In this document: in pieces, positions 59,358 to 62,122 of the stretch | Position numbering within the stretch: the stretch's first letter is position 1 | Layout: every line of letters starts with the position of its first letter | Assembly: GCA_047628915.1 (NCBI GenBank) | Contig: JBLHWB010000001.1 | Span: 1-62,122 of the forward strand | Direction of reading: 5' to 3' | Length of the DNA: 62,122 bases | Source: Porticoccus sp. | GTDB taxonomy: Bacteria; Pseudomonadota; Gammaproteobacteria; Pseudomonadales; CAWVSB01 | Program-made: the position numbers and the translations under genes | The notes under the pieces: generated by a model | The model's input: only the letters and a program-made list of their open reading frames with translations | Databases searched by the model: none | Told to the model about the DNA's origin: nothing

Positions 59358-60716
59358 ATGATGGAAACTCTAGAAACAGTTCTTATTGCGATTGTCACCT
59401 TTAGTATTTTGGTGGCATTCCATGAATACGGTCATTTTTGGGTGGCGCGTAAATGTGGCGTTAAGGTATTACGTTTTTCTATCGGTTTCGGGCCGGTACT
59501 GTTCAGTCGAAAAGACAAGTTAGGCACTGAGTTTTCGCTCAGTGCACTGCCACTTGGCGGCTATGTAAAAATGTTAGACGAGCGCGAAGGTGAGGTTGAT
59601 GAGGCTGAACGTCATATGGCGTTTAACAACAAAAAGCCGCTGCCGCGTATTGCGATTGTCTCAGCTGGGCCAATTGCTAATTTTATCTTGGCATTTGTTG
59701 CTTACTGGTTGGTATTTGTATCTGGTGTGACTGGCGTAGTGCCAATTATCGGAGAGGTAACGCCAGGTTCTGCTGCTGAACGTGCTGGGCTGACGTCTGG
59801 GCAAGAAATTATTTCAATTGAAAACGAGCCCACCCCTACGTGGCGTGCAGTCAGTATGCAGTTGATCTCTCGTTTAGGTGAGACTGGAGAGATCAACACT
59901 ATCGTATTGGCGCCAGAATCTAAGTTTGAATACAGTACCAAGCTGATGATTAAAGACTGGCTGGTTGGCGAAGGTGATCCAGATATTTTGGGAAGCTTAG
60001 GGATTACCCCTTACCGGCCGGTATTAGAGCCTGTTATTGAAGATGTATTACCTGCTAGTGCCGCTGATCAAGCTGGTTTTGTAGCGGGGGATAAACTATT
60101 GCAAGCTAATGATATAGAGCTAACGTCTTGGTCTGACTGGGTTGAGTATGTGCAACCACGGGCCGGAGAGAGTATTGCTGTATTGGTTGACCGCGATGGC
60201 GAGCTTGGTATTAGAGATATCACTCCGGCCAGGCATATTATCGAAGATGGCTCTGCGGTTGGCCGGGTGGGTATGCGAGTTATGGTGCCTGATTTATCAG
60301 AGTCTATGATTCGCGAATTTAAATATTCACCGATAGATGCTGTGGGCGAAGCGGCCGCTGAAACCTGGAAAATGTCGGTATTTACCCTACAGTCAATTAA
60401 AAAGCTATTAGAAGGCCTGATTTCGCCAAAAAACTTGAGTGGACCTATTACCATTGCTAAAGTAGCCACCGCATCTGCTAAAGCCGGTTTCGAGTCATAT
60501 TTAAGTATTTTGGCTTTGCTTAGTATTAGCCTTGGTGTATTGAACTTACTGCCTATTCCAGTTTTGGACGGCGGTCATATTTTGTTTTATACCATTGAGT
60601 GGCTTAAGGGCAGTCCGGTACCGCAATGGGCTCAGAATATTGGTTATCAGTTAGGCTTAGTCATGGTGGTCTGTTTGATGTTTTTTGCGTTATATAACGA
60701 TATTGGTCGTTTGTAG
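59358..60716 (+). CDS. rseP: Sigma-E regulated-intramembrane-proteolysis (site-2) zinc metalloprotease RseP
   Basis: HEYGH zinc motif in TM1, PDZ region, and C-terminal NLLPIPVLDGGH. Confidence 0.92.
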   Translation: MMETLETVLIAIVTFSILVAFHEYGHFWVARKCGVKVLRFSIGFGPVLFSRKDKLGTEFSLSALPLGGYVKMLDEREGEVDEAERHMAFNNKKPLPRIAIVSAGPIANFILAFVAYWLVFVSGVTGVVPIIGEVTPGSAAERAGLTSGQEIISIENEPTPTWRAVSMQLISRLGETGEINTIVLAPESKFEYSTKLMIKDWLVGEGDPDILGSLGITPYRPVLEPVIEDVLPASAADQAGFVAGDKLLQANDIELTSWSDWVEYVQPRAGESIAVLVDRDGELGIRDITPARHIIEDGSAVGRVGMRVMVPDLSESMIREFKYSPIDAVGEAAAETWKMSVFTLQSIKKLLEGLISPKNLSGPITIAKVATASAKAGFESYLSILALLSISLGVLNLLPIPVLDGGHILFYTIEWLKGSPVPQWAQNIGYQLGLVMVVCLMFFALYNDIGRL

Positions 60717-60773
60717 ATAATAATAATTTTAGTTGGGTTTAATCCTTACGAGATATCTCTGGAAAATAATTTA

Positions 60774-62122
60774 ATGAAGTGTGCGTTAAAATTAGTTGTA
60801 TTTTTGCTTTCATTTGCAGTGTTATCCGCCCGTGCTGATAGTTTTACCATTGCCGATATTCGCATAGAAGGTCTACAGCGCATTTCTTCCGGTAGTGTGT
60901 TTGCGGCGATGCCAATAAGTATTGGTCAAACTGTTGATCAAGGTTCACTGCGCAACGCTGCTCGCTCGCTGTTTGCGACCGGTAATTTCGAAGATATCCA
61001 AATTGCACGTGATCGCGATATCTTGGTGATGATACTGACTGAGCGTCCATCTATTAGCGAAATTAATATAGAAGGCAACAAAGCGATTGAGACCGAGGCT
61101 TTGTTAGAGGGGTTGAAAGGTGCTGGTTTATCCGAAGGGCAGGTATTAAAGCGCGCTACTTTGGAAGGAATGCGGATGGAGCTTCAGCGCCAATACGTAT
61201 CACAAGGCAGATATGACGCTGGCATTGAAACCGAAGTTGTTGAGCAACCCAGAAACCGAGTTGCGGTAAGTATTACTGTTGATGAGGGTAATGTCGCCAA
61301 AATTAAGCATATTAATATCGTCGGTAATGAAGTGTATAACGACGATGTTTTACGCGACTTGATGGAAGTTCAATCTACCGGCTGGTTGAGTTGGATTACT
61401 AGCGATGATAAATATTCACGAGAGAAATTGAAAGGAGACTTAGAAGCCGTTGAGTCCTTCTACCTTGACAGCGGTTACGCCCGCTTCAATATTGACTCTA
61501 CCCAAGTGTCCATCACCCCAGATAAAAAAGCTGTTTATATCACAGTAAATTTGCTTGAAGGCGGTGTTTATACTATTACCGATGTCGAGCTTTCCGGCGA
61601 CTTAGTTGTGCCAAAAGAAGAACTGATGAGGTTCGTTGTAATACAAGAAGGGCAGGCTTTTTCTCAGAGCGCATTGACGCAAACTGAAGACTACATCACT
61701 AAACGCTTGTCTAACGATGGTTATAGTTTTGCTAAAGTTTCTGCGCGGCCTGATATTTTTGATGAAGAAAATACGGTAGCGGTAAAATTCTTCATTGACC
61801 CCGGTAAACGCACTTATGTTAATCGGATTACTTTTACTGGTAATGCCAACACTAGTGACGAAGTACTGCGCCGTGAGTTACGTCAAATGGAAGGGGCGCC
61901 AGCGTCAAGTCTGAAAATTGACCAAGGTCAAATCCGCCTCCAGCGGTTAGGCTTCTTTGCTTCCGCCAATGTAGAAACGATTCCGGTTGCCGGTGCGGAT
62001 GATTTGATTGATGTTGCCTATATAGTAGAAGAACAGCCATCTGGAAGCATTAGTGCAAGTGTTGGTTTTGCACAGGAATCAGGTTTGATACTGGGTGCAA
62101 ACTTGCAGCAAAACAACTTTCT
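60774..62122 (+). CDS. bamA: Outer membrane protein assembly factor BamA, 3' end outside the window
   Basis: My translation from the ATG at 60774 is MKCALKLVVFLLSFAVLSARADSFTIADIRIEGLQRISSGSVFAAMP... This gives a signal peptide followed by POTRA1 (compare E. coli FVVKDIHFEGLQRV). The frame is open to the window edge, so the stop-delimited track does not list it. Confidence 0.9.
   Translation, partial: MKCALKLVVFLLSFAVLSARADSFTIADIRIEGLQRISSGSVFAAMPISIGQTVDQGSLRNAARSLFATGNFEDIQIARDRDILVMILTERPSISEINIEGNKAIETEALLEGLKGAGLSEGQVLKRATLEGMRMELQRQYVSQGRYDAGIETEVVEQPRNRVAVSITVDEGNVAKIKHINIVGNEVYNDDVLRDLMEVQSTGWLSWITSDDKYSREKLKGDLEAVESFYLDSGYARFNIDSTQVSITPDKKAVYITVNLLEGGVYTITDVELSGDLVVPKEELMRFVVIQEGQAFSQSALTQTEDYITKRLSNDGYSFAKVSARPDIFDEENTVAVKFFIDPGKRTYVNRITFTGNANTSDEVLRRELRQMEGAPASSLKIDQGQIRLQRLGFFASANVETIPVAGADDLIDVAYIVEEQPSGSISASVGFAQESGLILGANLQQNNF

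Overview
This is a 62.1-kb chromosomal segment of a Gammaproteobacterium. The gene order map-glnD-dapC ... dapD-dapE and rpsB-tsf-pyrH-frr-uppS-cdsA-dxr-rseP-bamA resembles Pseudomonadales, Cellvibrionales or Marinobacter-type genomes; that placement is inference from synteny only. I call about 60 protein-coding genes, most of them housekeeping: lysine/DAP synthesis, translation, envelope biogenesis, and the oxyR-katG pair. Other content includes neutral-lipid (wax ester) enzymes, a BaeSR-like two-component system with an LTXXQ periplasmic protein, and an RND efflux pair. I recognised no rRNA, tRNA, CRISPR array, transposase, integrase or reverse transcriptase. Four things deserve a second look. 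(1) A 1.16-kb unit at 42446-43608, in the variable dapD-dapC gap, consists of two inverted copies of a highly structured repeat around one AT-rich orphan membrane-protein gene. The repeat's 25-bp hairpin keeps its pairing between copies although the stem sequence differs. (2) An AT-rich, translationally coupled pair of paralogous membrane proteins (12401-14600) carries GGDEF-like domains whose catalytic motif is destroyed in both (YGTRF and SSTKF). (3) A 410-aa protein has a divergent class III nucleotidyl-cyclase-like core and sits divergent to a leucine-rich-repeat lipoprotein. (4) Several enzymes carry unusual appendages: a WS/DGAT with a lysine-rich tail, a KatG with a Sec signal peptide, a Kv-type channel with a C-terminal zinc ribbon, and a tandem Kdo/WaaP-type kinase. 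All functional calls rest on motifs read from the supplied translations. No database search was possible.
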